Below, in pieces: positions 38,303 to 48,769 of a stretch of 64,000 bases of DNA. The stretch lies in contig CAVSOU010000007.1 of the NCBI GenBank assembly GCA_963729625.1, positions 96,001 to 160,000 on the forward strand, given 5' to 3'. Position numbers and translations under genes: made by a program. Each line of letters starts with the position of its first letter. Positions within the stretch are counted from its first letter, which is position 1. The notes beneath the pieces are model-generated. The model did no database searches, had not been told where the DNA came from, and was given only the letters and a program-made list of their open reading frames with translations. The DNA comes from an uncultured bacterium (GTDB lineage: Bacteria > Chloroflexota > UBA5177 > JANWHV01).

Positions 38303-38848
38303 TCAGCTGACTTTGCGCTTAGCCAGAACCACGGCTCCCAGCATTGCCAGAAGCAGGAGGAACGATGTTACCTCAAAGGGAAACAAATATGTGCTGAACA
38401 ACTGATCCGCGATCGTTTGGACGCAGCCGAGACCTCCGCCGGTGTGACCGGGGTTCGGCGCCGGGCAGGATCCGTCTACCGTTTGCCCTGTCGTGTTGAT
38501 CACGCCGTGAAGCACGTTCCGCCCAAGGTCGAGCGCGAGAATCGCGGCCACGGCGACCGCGAGCACGAACGCCGGGATGCGGTACCTGACAAGGGGATCG
38601 TCTCCCGGTTCATCCCTGCCAGGCGACAGCAGAGTCAAAACGAAGAGGAACAGCACCATAATTGCGCCGGCATAGACGATGATCTGCACCGCGGCGAGGA
38701 ACTGCGCATCGAGCAGGATATAGTACACAGCCAGGCATGCGAAGTTGGCAACCAAAAACAGCGCACAGTATATCGGGTTGCGCTGCAGTATCACGTTAAG
38801 TCCTGAGAAGACCGCGACAATGGTTGTTATCCAAAACGCGACTGTCAC
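38303..38848 (-). CDS. nuoJ: NADH-quinone oxidoreductase subunit J
   Basis: [35 protein letters not shown]. Confidence 0.95.
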   Translation of the reverse strand: MTVAFWITTIVAVFSGLNVILQRNPIYCALFLVANFACLAVYYILLDAQFLAAVQIIVYAGAIMVLFLFVLTLLSPGRDEPGDDPLVRYRIPAFVLAVAVAAILALDLGRNVLHGVINTTGQTVDGSCPAPNPGHTGGGLGCVQTIADQLFSTYLFPFEVTSFLLLLAMLGAVVLAKRKVS

Positions 38849-39345
38849 TTTCCTCCACCTGCCAACACTTGAGCCTTGCCAAGCTTCTCCTTCACCACGC
38901 TCGGATCAGGAACAAGCATCATCTCTTTCGTGTAGATCATGTGCGGGATATCATAGTCCGACAGCTCGTAGTCGTGCTTGAGCACGATGGCGCCGGTCGG
39001 ACAGGCTTCCTCACAGAGACCGCAGAAAATGCACCTGGCCATGTTGATTTCGTACCGTTCTGCATACCGCTCGCCCGGTGAGACCCGATGCGCGTCCGTG
39101 TTCTCGGCGGCTTCAACCAAGATGCATTCCGCCGGACATGCGCCCGCGCACAGCTCGCAGCCGATACACTTCTCCAGCCCATTGTCGTAGCGTTCAAGCA
39201 CGTGCCGGCCGCGATAGCGCGGCTTGACTCCAGGCCGCTCCTCGGGCCACTGGACCGTTACCTTCTTCTTGAACATCGTGGAGAAGGTCAGCGACATGCC
39301 TCGCGCTATCGCTAGAGTTCCCTCGATGAATGCGTTTCTGGCCAA
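38845..39345 (-). CDS. nuoI: NADH-quinone oxidoreductase subunit I
   Basis: [12 protein letters not shown] and [12 protein letters not shown]; start set at TTG 39345 after AGGGAG. Confidence 0.95.
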   Translation of the reverse strand: MARNAFIEGTLAIARGMSLTFSTMFKKKVTVQWPEERPGVKPRYRGRHVLERYDNGLEKCIGCELCAGACPAECILVEAAENTDAHRVSPGERYAERYEINMARCIFCGLCEEACPTGAIVLKHDYELSDYDIPHMIYTKEMMLVPDPSVVKEKLGKAQVLAGGGK

Positions 39346-39395
39346 GATTCGACTCCCTGTTGCGCGTCTCCACACCGGAACCTCGGGAGACTGTG

Positions 39396-40415
39396 TCAAG
39401 CGGTCAGCGCGACTACGGCCCCTGTCCCAATAATGTTGAGCAACGCCAGCGGCAACAACCACCGCCACCCAAGCGTCATCAATCGATCGTACCGAACGCG
39501 CGGTAGTGTTGCGCGAATCCAAATGAACGTGAACAGAAGAATCGCGACCTTAATCGAGAACCAGATAAGCCCCGACAGCCACGACGTGACGATCGTGAAT
39601 GGGCCCAACGGGCCACCCAGGAACAGAGTCGTCGCGAAGGAACTGACCGTGATCATGTTGATGTATTCGGCCATGAAAAACATGGCGAATCGAAAGCTGC
39701 TGTACTCTATGTGGTAGCCGGCGACCAGTTCTTGCTCAGCCTCCGCGAGATCGAATGGCGACCGATTGACCTCCGCAATCGCGGCTATGCAATACAGCAC
39801 GAAGCCCAACGGCTGCCAGAAGATGTTCGGAATATGCCTGGCCTGAAAACTGACGACGTCTGACAGACTCAACGAGCCCGTGATCACGATGACGCCGACT
39901 ACCGCCATGCTCAGCGCAATCTCGTAGGAGATTACCTGAGCCGAGGATCGTATCCCTCCAAGCAGCGAGTACTTGTTGTTCGACGCCCACCCGCCCAGAA
40001 TGATGCCATAGACTCCAAGCGAGGTCGCCGCCAGCACGTACAGGATGCCGATGTTGATGTTTGCCAGAGCACCCGATGCCGAGATGGTCGCGCCATGAAT
40101 GGTGAACGAGAAAGCCGCGGTGAATGGAATGACTGCGAACGCCACCAGCGCAACGAACAAGGAGAGCATCGGCGCCAGGGTGAATACCGGCCGGTCGGCC
40201 TGCGCCGGCACGATATCCTCCTTGAACAGTAGCTTGACACCATCCGCCAGTGGCTGAAGCAGCCCGAACGGACCGACGCGGTTGGGGCCGAGGCGAACCT
40301 GCATGAGCGCTACCACCCGACGCTCAGCGTAGGTCATGTACGCAAATCCAGTCAGCAGCGCCAAGATGATCAGAGCGGCGAGGATCAGGTCAAAGATTCC
40401 CTGCTCCCAGGTCAT
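39396..40415 (-). CDS. nuoH: NADH-quinone oxidoreductase subunit H
   Basis: [51 protein letters not shown]. Confidence 0.97.
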   Translation of the reverse strand: MTWEQGIFDLILAALIILALLTGFAYMTYAERRVVALMQVRLGPNRVGPFGLLQPLADGVKLLFKEDIVPAQADRPVFTLAPMLSLFVALVAFAVIPFTAAFSFTIHGATISASGALANINIGILYVLAATSLGVYGIILGGWASNNKYSLLGGIRSSAQVISYEIALSMAVVGVIVITGSLSLSDVVSFQARHIPNIFWQPLGFVLYCIAAIAEVNRSPFDLAEAEQELVAGYHIEYSSFRFAMFFMAEYINMITVSSFATTLFLGGPLGPFTIVTSWLSGLIWFSIKVAILLFTFIWIRATLPRVRYDRLMTLGWRWLLPLALLNIIGTGAVVALTA

Positions 40416-42649
40416 CGCACTCCCCCAACGGCTGCCTTCTGAACCGCTTGTTCAATCAGACCAGCCCATGACTCCAGCCCGGTCACTCTGGCGATCTCTT
40501 GCGTGACTTCCTCACTCCTAACGTAACGGAAATCTCCACCGAGCGCGCGCGCGACCTCGCACACGACACGCCAGCCTTCCCGCACATCGTCGGGCAGGGT
40601 CAGGGCGCTGTGTACGCGTTGAACTCGACCCTCGGTGTTGGTCAGCGTGCCAGGCTCCTCTCCATACGTCGCGCAAGGAAGCACGACATCGGCGCTCGCC
40701 GTTGCCGCCGACGTGCGCGATGCCTGCACGACTTTGAAGGCCTTGCTTCCAATCGCAGCCATCGCCTCGGGCACGGCATCGGCGAGCGGGTCCAGATCCA
40801 GGATGTAGAGCGCCTGGATGCCGCCTTGCGCTATTGCCGCATACAGATCGCTCTCGGTATGTCCGATCGCCGCAACCGGTTGAGAACCCCAGGCCTGACC
40901 CAGCTTGGCGGCGGAAGCGGAGTCCGACGGTGTCGCGCCACCCGCAAGCCACTCGCCGTGCGCACCCATTTCAGTGGCGCCCCGTGTGTTTGCACCAGCG
41001 GCCAGGGCCAGAGGCAGCGCGGCGCCGCCGCCCTCAAGCAAAGGCGCGATCCGGCTGGACAATGCTTGCAGTGTCGCCAGCAGGTCCCTATCGTTTCGTC
41101 CTTGCATCAGCCGCTCGTCATACAGCACGACACCATTCCTGGCGTGTCGAAGCACAGCAACCGCCTGGTCAAAGGGATTGGGCGTTTCCGCGGCAGGTAG
41201 CGAGGCTGCGCTCTTGGCCGCGCCGATCGATGCAGCCTCCGAGTTCGGCGGGGTTATCTGGACACCACCGACCATGTCGCCCGCCGCCGCCGCAGCCGGA
41301 GGAGCACCCGGAGGATCACCGGGGTCGGCGTCCGCCTCGTGGAGCAGTGACAGCAGCGTGTATATGCTCTCAGCCGGATTCCCCGCGTTAAGAGGAGCTT
41401 TCGCAGTGCAAAGATAATCCAGACCGGTTTTCTCGGCGGAAAGGATAACCAGCGGCACTTCGCGGCGTTTGCCCTGCTTCTTGATCCGAAGGTCCAGAAC
41501 GTGCTGTCGAGCGACAGGATCCGCATCTACCAGTACAATCGCGTCGGCAGTCTCTAGGCTCGCAATGGCGCCACCGCCAAGAACCGCGGTCGGGGCCGGT
41601 GAACACCGCGGCACAAGCATGTTCGCCGAGCGCAGTACCGACCGGAAGAGCCGACCAAGCAGGTAGTACTCCTCGTTGGTCGCTCTTGGGCCGGCAAGAG
41701 CCGCCACGCCGGCAGGTCCGGCCTGACGCAGGCCCTGGGCAGCGGCCCGCAGCGCCTCCTCCCAAGAAGCTTCAACAAGCCTGCCGTTCCTGCGAATCAG
41801 CGGCGATGTGATGCGCTCGCCAAGACGCAGCCTCTCCAGCGTGCCGTACCGGCCCACATCGCACAACCAGCCGTCATCGACGTCCAGGTTCTCGCGAATC
41901 ATCAGGCGCATCAGCGCATTTCGGCGTGTGTCGAGCCGCACATTGCAGCCGACCGCGCACCCAGGGCAGACGCTTGGCGTGTGCTCGAGGTCCCAGGGGC
42001 GAGCGCGGAAGCGGTATTCGCGGCTGGTCAGCGCGCCGACAGGGCACAGCTCCGTGGTGTTTCCTGCAAAGATGGAGTCGAACGGGCGGTCTGGGAAGAC
42101 ATTCACTTCCGTCTTCCCGCCTCGATTCATGAGCACAAGCTGCGGATCGTCGGCAACGTCTTCCATGTACCGCACGCAAAGCTGGCAGACAATGCAACGC
42201 TCGCGGTCGAGCACGATTCGTGGCCCAATCGCCAGGTGCTTCTCGAAGTGTCGTTTCTCCTCGGTATATCTGCTCTTCCCGGGTCCGTACTTGAACGTCA
42301 AATTCTGCAGAGGGCACTCACCGCCCTTGTCGCAAATCGGGCAATCGAGGGGGTGATTGATCAGCAGGAACTCAAGGATACCCTGCTGCGTTTTCACCAC
42401 CTCTGGCGTTACCGTATGCACGACCATTCCTGGCGCAACCGGCGTCGCGCACGCAGGAGGAAAACCCTTCGTTCGCTCCACGGCCACCAGGCACATCCGG
42501 CACGCTCCCAGTGGCGCCATCTTCTTGCTGTAACAGAATGTCGGAATCTCTATTCCAAGTTTCTCGGCAGCATGCAGAATCGTCGTTCCGGGCGGGACAG
42601 AAACCTCGCGGCCGTCGATTGTCAGCGTGACAGGGTTCTGCTGTTGCAT
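40412..42649 (-). CDS. nuoG: NADH-quinone oxidoreductase subunit G
   Basis: IPTFCY..GACRMC, NHPLDCPICDKGGEC, CIVCQLC..LCPVGAL, N7 motif CPGCAVGC..WLCD. Confidence 0.95.
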   Translation of the reverse strand: MQQQNPVTLTIDGREVSVPPGTTILHAAEKLGIEIPTFCYSKKMAPLGACRMCLVAVERTKGFPPACATPVAPGMVVHTVTPEVVKTQQGILEFLLINHPLDCPICDKGGECPLQNLTFKYGPGKSRYTEEKRHFEKHLAIGPRIVLDRERCIVCQLCVRYMEDVADDPQLVLMNRGGKTEVNVFPDRPFDSIFAGNTTELCPVGALTSREYRFRARPWDLEHTPSVCPGCAVGCNVRLDTRRNALMRLMIRENLDVDDGWLCDVGRYGTLERLRLGERITSPLIRRNGRLVEASWEEALRAAAQGLRQAGPAGVAALAGPRATNEEYYLLGRLFRSVLRSANMLVPRCSPAPTAVLGGGAIASLETADAIVLVDADPVARQHVLDLRIKKQGKRREVPLVILSAEKTGLDYLCTAKAPLNAGNPAESIYTLLSLLHEADADPGDPPGAPPAAAAAGDMVGGVQITPPNSEAASIGAAKSAASLPAAETPNPFDQAVAVLRHARNGVVLYDERLMQGRNDRDLLATLQALSSRIAPLLEGGGAALPLALAAGANTRGATEMGAHGEWLAGGATPSDSASAAKLGQAWGSQPVAAIGHTESDLYAAIAQGGIQALYILDLDPLADAVPEAMAAIGSKAFKVVQASRTSAATASADVVLPCATYGEEPGTLTNTEGRVQRVHSALTLPDDVREGWRVVCEVARALGGDFRYVRSEEVTQEIARVTGLESWAGLIEQAVQKAAVGGVR

Positions 42650-42652
42650 GCT

Positions 42653-43939
42653 CTACACTCCAACCGCGGCGAGGACTTCGGGCCGCCGGCAAACATATCC
42701 CGCAACATGTCTCTCATAATCATCGCGGAAGTACTTCACACTGCTGGCGACAGGCCCGGTTGCGAACTCGCCGAGAGCGCAGAGGCTCTTGCCGGCGATG
42801 TTTTCGCATATGTTGAGTAGCAGGTCAAGGTCGGCCATTGTGCCCAAACCTGTTTCCATTCGCTCGAGAATCCTGGCCATCCAGGGGCAGCCTTCGCGGC
42901 ACGGAGTGCACTTGCCACATGATTCGTGCGCGAAGAATTGGGTCGCTCGCAGCGTGAAGTCGATGATGCACTGGCGATCGTCGAGCACAATCATGGCGCC
43001 GGCCCCGAGCGCGCTGCCGATCTTGGCGACCGCGTCGATGTCGGCGGGAGTGTCCTGCTGCGACGCCGGGATGATCGGCGGTTCCGCCCCGAGCATCAGC
43101 GCCTTGAGCGGGTGAGTCGGATCCTCCATGCCTCCGGCCATCTCGATCAGTTCGCGGAATGGTGTGCCCATCGGGGCTTCGTAGTTCTCGGGATTCTTAA
43201 CATTTCCCGATATGGAGAACACTTTCGTGCCGGGGCAGGTCGGGGACCCGATACCGAGGAACCACTCGGCGCCATTCAGCACGATGTGCGGCACGTTGCA
43301 CAGGGTCTCCACGTTGTTGACCACCGTGGGCTTCTGGTACAGACCCTTGATGGCGGGAAACGGCGGGCGCTGCCGCGGCTGACCACGACTGCCCTCCATG
43401 CACTCGATGAGCGCGGTCTCCTCGCCCACCTCGTATGATCCGGCGCCGCGCTGGACGATCACGTCCAGGTCGTAGCCGCTCCCCAAGATGTTCCTGCCCA
43501 GATAGCCAATCCTGTATGCCTCGGCAACCGCGGTTTCGAGGCGCTGCCTGGCGTGCAGATATTCGCCGCGGATCAAGATGAAGGCAAGGCGAGCCCCTAT
43601 CGCGAAGGACGTGATCATGCATCCCTCGAGCAGCTGATGCGGGCTGAACTCCATCAGCAGCCGGTTGTTGAAGGCGCCGGGCGTGCCCTCATCGGCATTG
43701 CACAAAAGGTATTTCTCAATTGCGGGGTCTTTAGGCAAAAAGCTCCACTTCCGGCCGGCCGGAAAGCCGGCTCCGCCACGCCCACGCAGATTCGCCTTGA
43801 TCACCATCTCGGTGATCTCTCTCGGCTGCATGTCCTTCAGTGCCCGGCGCAGCGCGGTGTAGCCGCCGTGTTGCTCATAGACGTCGATGCGTTCGATGCC
43901 AGGCACGCCTCGGTGCTTGGTCAGGATAAGATCCGGCAT
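42653..43939 (-). CDS. nuoF: NADH-quinone oxidoreductase subunit F (atypical active-site motifs)
   Basis: LRGRGGAGFPAGRKW, GEETAL, NNVETL, ESCGKCTPCREG..C. Confidence 0.95.
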   Translation of the reverse strand: MPDLILTKHRGVPGIERIDVYEQHGGYTALRRALKDMQPREITEMVIKANLRGRGGAGFPAGRKWSFLPKDPAIEKYLLCNADEGTPGAFNNRLLMEFSPHQLLEGCMITSFAIGARLAFILIRGEYLHARQRLETAVAEAYRIGYLGRNILGSGYDLDVIVQRGAGSYEVGEETALIECMEGSRGQPRQRPPFPAIKGLYQKPTVVNNVETLCNVPHIVLNGAEWFLGIGSPTCPGTKVFSISGNVKNPENYEAPMGTPFRELIEMAGGMEDPTHPLKALMLGAEPPIIPASQQDTPADIDAVAKIGSALGAGAMIVLDDRQCIIDFTLRATQFFAHESCGKCTPCREGCPWMARILERMETGLGTMADLDLLLNICENIAGKSLCALGEFATGPVASSVKYFRDDYERHVAGYVCRRPEVLAAVGV

Positions 43940-43978
43940 CCAACCCTCCGGCCCCGCCCTCAGGCAATGGGAGCTGAC

Positions 43979-44446
43979 TTATGAGAATCGTTCCAGCACA
44001 GCGTCGATGGACTCCGGTGTATCGAGCGGTCCGAAGGGCTCCAGATCGATCTCGAGCATCGGCGCTCGCTCGCACTGCCCCAGACACTCAACCGCCTGGA
44101 CGTAAAACCGGCCATCGGTGGTCGAGTTGCCAATCTCGACGTCGAGCTTCTTCAGCACGTACGCCACAACCTTGTCACACCCGCGCGCTTTACATGAGAG
44201 GTTCGTGCAAATATCGATCGTGTGCCGGCCAATCGGTTTCTTGAAGAACATGGTGTAGTAGCTGGCAACGGACTTGACGTCCGCGGGCGTTAGCCGCAAC
44301 AAGTCGCCCACTTCCGCCATCGACTCTTCGCTCACGTAGCCTGCCTCATCTTGAACCAGGTAAAGTGAGGGCAACAGCGCCGATCGTCGGTGTGGGTAGC
44401 GATCGATCAGCTCAACTATGCGATTGCGGGTCGCCTCTGAAAGCAT
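43979..44446 (-). CDS. nuoE: NADH-quinone oxidoreductase subunit E
   Basis: RSALLPSL, VASYYTMF, CTNLSC, ECLGQCERAP. Confidence 0.95.
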   Translation of the reverse strand: MLSEATRNRIVELIDRYPHRRSALLPSLYLVQDEAGYVSEESMAEVGDLLRLTPADVKSVASYYTMFFKKPIGRHTIDICTNLSCKARGCDKVVAYVLKKLDVEIGNSTTDGRFYVQAVECLGQCERAPMLEIDLEPFGPLDTPESIDAVLERFS

Positions 44447-44538
44447 TTCTTCTTACCTATACCTGCGCCGCCCCACTGGACGGCCCCCAACCCCAGCCCC
44501 TCGAACTTGTTGCCTTCGCCGTTTGGCAAGAAGTCCTG

Positions 44539-45780
44539 CTATCGATCGATTTCTCCCAGAATAATGTCGATGCTCCCGATGATCGCTACGACATCCGCCA
44601 CGAAATGGCCCTTGCAAAGAATCGGCAGCGCCTGCAAGTTCGCAAACGACGGGGCGCGAACGTGACATCTCCGCGGCTTATTTGTCCCGTCGCTCACGAC
44701 GTACACGCCGAGTTCACCTCTGGGCGACTCTGCTGATGCGTATGCCTCTCCAATCGGAGGATGGAGCCCCTCGGTAAGCAGCTTGAAATGATGGATCACT
44801 GCTTCCATGCTGGACGCAAGCTCCTCCTTCGGAGGCGGAATCACCTTTCGATTGTCCGACCGAATGGGACCTTCGGGCATCATGTTCAAGCACTGGGCCA
44901 CGATGCGCTGCGACTCGCGGAGCTCGGCTACCCGGCACAGATAGCGGGCGTAGCAATCCCCTTCCGTCCGTACTGGCACGTCGAAGCTCAGTTGATCGTA
45001 CACGAGGTACGGTTCCTTCTTGCGGATGTCCCAATCAATTCCGGACGCCCGGAGGGCGGGGCCAGTAACGCCGAATTGCAGCGCCTGTTCGATGCTGAGT
45101 TTCCCCACGCCCTGCAGGCGCTCTTTCCAGATTCCATTGCGCGTCAACAAGCGCTCGTATTCGTCTACCCGCGCCGGAAACGCATCGTTGAAGGCGCGAA
45201 CGCGCTCAAACCATCCGTCCGGCGCCTCCTGCTCGACACCGCCAAAGCGGATGTAGCTGGTCATCATGCGCTGGCCGGTCAGCTCCTCGAATAGGTCGAG
45301 CAGCTGCTCGCGCTCGCGGAAACAGTACAGGAACACCGTCATGGCGCCGAGATCCAACGCGTGCGTGCCCAGCCACACGAGATGACTGGTAATCCGAGTC
45401 ATCTCGACGAGGAGCGTACGCAACCACTGCGCCCTCGCCGGAACATCGAGCCCAAGCAACTTCTCCACCGCCATGCAGTACACCAGGTTGTTGCCGAGGG
45501 GGTTGAGATAGTCCATCCGATCCGTGCATGTGAGCGCGGCTTCATAGCGCTTGCACTGAATCGTCTTCTCGATGCCTGTGTGAAGGTATCCGATCTCCGG
45601 TTCGGCGTTGACGACGGTCTCCCCGTCGAGCGTGAGAATGACCCGCAGAACTCCGTGCGTGCTAGGGTGTTGCGGACCCATGTTGACGGTCATGTAGTCG
45701 GAACCATCGCGCACTTCCGGGCGCTCGACGATCGCCGTACGGCCATCCTCGCTCTCGACAATGCGTGTTTCAGTTGCCAC
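44539..45780 (-). CDS. nuoD: NADH-quinone oxidoreductase subunit D
   Basis: NMGPQHPSTHGVLR, IGYLHTGIEK, DRMDY, ESPRGELG, IGSIDIILGEIDR; start set at GTG 45780. Confidence 0.97.
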   Translation of the reverse strand: MATETRIVESEDGRTAIVERPEVRDGSDYMTVNMGPQHPSTHGVLRVILTLDGETVVNAEPEIGYLHTGIEKTIQCKRYEAALTCTDRMDYLNPLGNNLVYCMAVEKLLGLDVPARAQWLRTLLVEMTRITSHLVWLGTHALDLGAMTVFLYCFREREQLLDLFEELTGQRMMTSYIRFGGVEQEAPDGWFERVRAFNDAFPARVDEYERLLTRNGIWKERLQGVGKLSIEQALQFGVTGPALRASGIDWDIRKKEPYLVYDQLSFDVPVRTEGDCYARYLCRVAELRESQRIVAQCLNMMPEGPIRSDNRKVIPPPKEELASSMEAVIHHFKLLTEGLHPPIGEAYASAESPRGELGVYVVSDGTNKPRRCHVRAPSFANLQALPILCKGHFVADVVAIIGSIDIILGEIDR

Positions 45781-45826
45781 GGGTGTCGTCCAATTCACTG
45801 TGAGCACGCACAAGACATGCGCGCGG

Positions 45827-46366
45827 CTACGATGTAAACCCGACCTCTTCGCCGCCCATGGGATGGTCAAACCGAAGCGGATAGCCCTGCCAGTCCTCCG
45901 GCAACAGCAGCCGCCGCAAGTTGGGATGCTCGCTGAACCGAATGCCAAGAAGGTCGAAAACCTCTCGCTCGAACCAGTTCGCCCCCGCGTGGACCGACGT
46001 CACTGATGGCAGCTCCGGATTCGGAACGTCCTCGACCTCCACTTTGAGCCGAAATCGCGCCACGCGTGACGGAGAGAGCAGGTTGTAGACAACCTCCCAT
46101 CGCGGCGAACGCGGAAGCAGGTCTACGGCAGTCACGTCCAGCAGCACGTCGAGCTTCGTTGCCGGGTCGTCTCGAAGAGTCCTGCATGCGTCGACAATCA
46201 GGCCGGCAGGAACTATCGCCCAGTCCGCGCCAAACGCGCTCGCCGTCCGTATTGATGCCTCAGGGAACGCGGCGCGCAGAGCCTTTACGGCCACATTCTG
46301 CTCTGCCGCGCTGACCGTCACAGCCTGGTTGGATGCATTCTCGAGTTGCGCCGCGCTGACTCCCAT
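45827..46366 (-). CDS. nuoC: NADH-quinone oxidoreductase subunit C
   Basis: DVTAVD, ANWFEREVFDLLGIRFSEHPNLRRLLLPEDWQGYPLR. Confidence 0.95.
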   Translation of the reverse strand: MGVSAAQLENASNQAVTVSAAEQNVAVKALRAAFPEASIRTASAFGADWAIVPAGLIVDACRTLRDDPATKLDVLLDVTAVDLLPRSPRWEVVYNLLSPSRVARFRLKVEVEDVPNPELPSVTSVHAGANWFEREVFDLLGIRFSEHPNLRRLLLPEDWQGYPLRFDHPMGGEEVGFTS

Positions 46367-46369
46367 GCT

Positions 46370-46855
46370 TTAGCTCGCCCGCCGCGTGACCAAACGCTCG
46401 CGCGAGATCTTCTGCTGAAGCTTCAGCACCGCGTCCATCAGCGCTTCGGGCCTCGGAGGACAGCCGGGGACGTAGACGTCAACCGGCACAATCTTGTCGA
46501 CACCCTGAATCACCGCGTAGTTGTTGAAGATTCCGCCCGATGTGGCACATGCGCCCATCGAGATAACCCACTTCGGTTCTGGCATCTGATCGTAGATCTG
46601 TCGCAGCACCGGCGCCATCTTCTGGCACACGCGGCCAGAGACGATCATCAGGTCCGACTGCCGGGGTGAGGCACGAAACAACTCAGAGCCAAATCGCGCG
46701 AGATCGTACTTGCTCGCACCTGTCGACATCATTTCGATGGCACAACAGGCCAGACCGAACAGCGCCGGCCACAATGACGATTTGCGCCCCCAATCGGCCA
46801 CTTGCTCAATTGTAGAGGTAATAATGCTGTCGCCAAAGGCGGTCTCTAGTCCCAC
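46370..46855 (-). CDS. nuoB: NADH-quinone oxidoreductase subunit B
   Basis: [37 protein letters not shown]; start GTG 46855 overlapping nuoA end. Confidence 0.97.
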   Translation of the reverse strand: MGLETAFGDSIITSTIEQVADWGRKSSLWPALFGLACCAIEMMSTGASKYDLARFGSELFRASPRQSDLMIVSGRVCQKMAPVLRQIYDQMPEPKWVISMGACATSGGIFNNYAVIQGVDKIVPVDVYVPGCPPRPEALMDAVLKLQQKISRERLVTRRAS

Positions 46856-47211
46856 TCCAGCACTCCTTTTCGCCAGATATAGAGCAGGCCAAGGAAAAGA
46901 ACGGCCATGAACACCACCATCTCCTCGAACCCGAACACCTTGAGATGCTTGAGCCACACCGCCCACGGGTAGAGGAAAATGGCTTCGATATCGAACACGA
47001 TGAACAGCATGGCCATCAGGAAGAACTTCACGGGAAAGCGCTGCCGGGCCGGGGTCACCGGAACGATCCCACACTCGTACGGCGCCAGTTTTGCGGGCGT
47101 GGGCCGGCTTGGTCCAAAGAAGATGGAGACCCCGGTCAACGTCACTGCCAGCGCCACAGCCAAGCCCATGATGATCAGAATGGGCGCATACGCCGTAAGA
47201 CCGGTGGTCAT
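46846..47211 (-). CDS. nuoA: NADH-quinone oxidoreductase subunit A
   Basis: [30 protein letters not shown]. Confidence 0.96.
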   Translation of the reverse strand: MTTGLTAYAPILIIMGLAVALAVTLTGVSIFFGPSRPTPAKLAPYECGIVPVTPARQRFPVKFFLMAMLFIVFDIEAIFLYPWAVWLKHLKVFGFEEMVVFMAVLFLGLLYIWRKGVLEWD

Positions 47212-47302
47212 GACGACCCCCTCTCCCGAGCCGTGTCCCGTGAATGGTCGATTTCATGCCTGCGCAACGGGCCATCCGCTGGATTAGGCGCAGCACCTTC
47301 TG

Positions 47303-47311
47303 AGTATACCA
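47303..47311 (-). promoter_or_regulatory. Extended -10 element upstream of the nuo operon
   Basis: TGgTATACT on minus strand, ~90 nt before nuoA. Confidence 0.5.
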
Positions 47312-47491
47312 AAAGCCTTGTGCTTCGTGGTTTCTTAAAAGAAGCGTATGCTTGAGCCGTTGCCTTGCGCAACTGACTTGCCTCAATTGACTGCGCGGTC
47401 GTATAGTTTCGAATGTCGGAGGTGGTACCTGGCTCTCGTGCGAGTTGGGACATTCGGTAGCGTCGACTGCGACCAAGAAACTGAGGAGAGC

Positions 47492-48604
47492 ATGCGACCA
47501 TTCGCGATAGACTGGGGGTTGGCGAGCCTGGCCCTTGGTCCGCTCACTGGCCGGCCTGTCATGGCGTACTACTATGTGACGTACAAGTGTACGGCGCGTT
47601 GTACGTTCTGCAACATCCCCGATGGGCCGATGGACGTCATCCCTGTGTCGAAGTATGCAACGACGGCGCAGAGCATCGAGCATTTCCGCATCCTCAAGAG
47701 CGTCGGCGTGCGAATAGTCGACTTCACCGGTGGGGAGCCGCTGCTCAAGAAGAATCTGCCTGTGCTGCTGAAGGCGGCAAAGGACATGGGGCTCGCTACG
47801 CAGCTGACGACGAACTGCACGCTGTATCCGCGTCGGGCGCGCGAGCTTCAGGGACTCGTCGACATTCTGAACTTCTCGCTGGTTGGCCCCACTGCATCGC
47901 TGCACAATCCTATCCGAAGGGACTGCAGCTTCGATGATGTTATCCGCAGCATGGGTATCGCGCGCGAGCTCGGTGAGCCATACCAGCTCATCTTTGTGCT
48001 CACTAACGGCAATATCGATCAGCTTGAGCCCATGATCGAGCTAACGCGCGAGCACCAGGCGATCCTCAAGATACAGCCCGAATTCGACCTCTTCGGCAAC
48101 GGTAACGTGGACCTCAGCAACGTGCGCGCGGCCGAGAAGTTGGCGCGACAGAACAACGTCTATGTCAATATGGCGGAAACTCGGATCTTTGAGACAGGCA
48201 ACCTCAAGGAAAAGCCGCGTTGCCGTGCGGCGAATGCTGTGGTCGTGGTCTCGCCAGACGGCTATGTCCTCTACCCGTGCTATCACATGGTAACGACCAA
48301 AATACCTCTGGACGGCAACTTTCCCAGGTTGATCCGCTCCAACAAGTGGAAGCAGATGCAGGATGAGGTGGGGACATTCAGCTTCTGCGACGGCTGTCGA
48401 AACCTCTGCTACCTGCACCCATCGTTTACGTACAGGTACGACCGTCTCTTTGTGCTCAACGCGTTGTCGGACTACCGTTACCTGCGCGAGCGCAAGAGGA
48501 TTGAGACGGAACGTGCGGCGACGTTAGCCCGACAGACTGCCGAGGATGCCGCGGAGGCAAGCGAAACCGCTCACGCGACCATAGCGATGGCCGCCGGCAG
48601 GTAG
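47492..48604 (+). CDS. Radical SAM protein with SPASM/twitch-like C-terminus
   Basis: GAGGAG RBS; [20 protein letters not shown]; C-terminal CRA..VSPDG..YPC...CDGCRNLC. Confidence 0.9.
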   Translation: MRPFAIDWGLASLALGPLTGRPVMAYYYVTYKCTARCTFCNIPDGPMDVIPVSKYATTAQSIEHFRILKSVGVRIVDFTGGEPLLKKNLPVLLKAAKDMGLATQLTTNCTLYPRRARELQGLVDILNFSLVGPTASLHNPIRRDCSFDDVIRSMGIARELGEPYQLIFVLTNGNIDQLEPMIELTREHQAILKIQPEFDLFGNGNVDLSNVRAAEKLARQNNVYVNMAETRIFETGNLKEKPRCRAANAVVVVSPDGYVLYPCYHMVTTKIPLDGNFPRLIRSNKWKQMQDEVGTFSFCDGCRNLCYLHPSFTYRYDRLFVLNALSDYRYLRERKRIETERAATLARQTAEDAAEASETAHATIAMAAGR

Positions 48605-48769
48605 ACCTGGGTGTTCTCCCGTCTGCCGGGCTATGCGTCTCGTCGGCTGTGCCCTGCGGTGCTGCGCGCTTGTGCTTGCGAATTACGCTGCCCGCGTGCT
48701 ACACCGTCCTGTGAAGGGGCGTAGGCCCCGGCCCATGGCGCGGTGACCTCAACCAAGTAAAGGCGCTCG

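Noticed and set aside
47235-47260. Rex operator upstream of nuoA (GTGAA...TTCAT)
   Set aside because: Spacer too long and flanks do not match TTGTGAA-N4-TTCACAA.
46856-47905. 511-aa ORF suggesting an N-terminally extended NuoB
   Set aside because: The extension overlaps nuoA and the divergent radical SAM gene; NuoB homology starts at GTG 46855.
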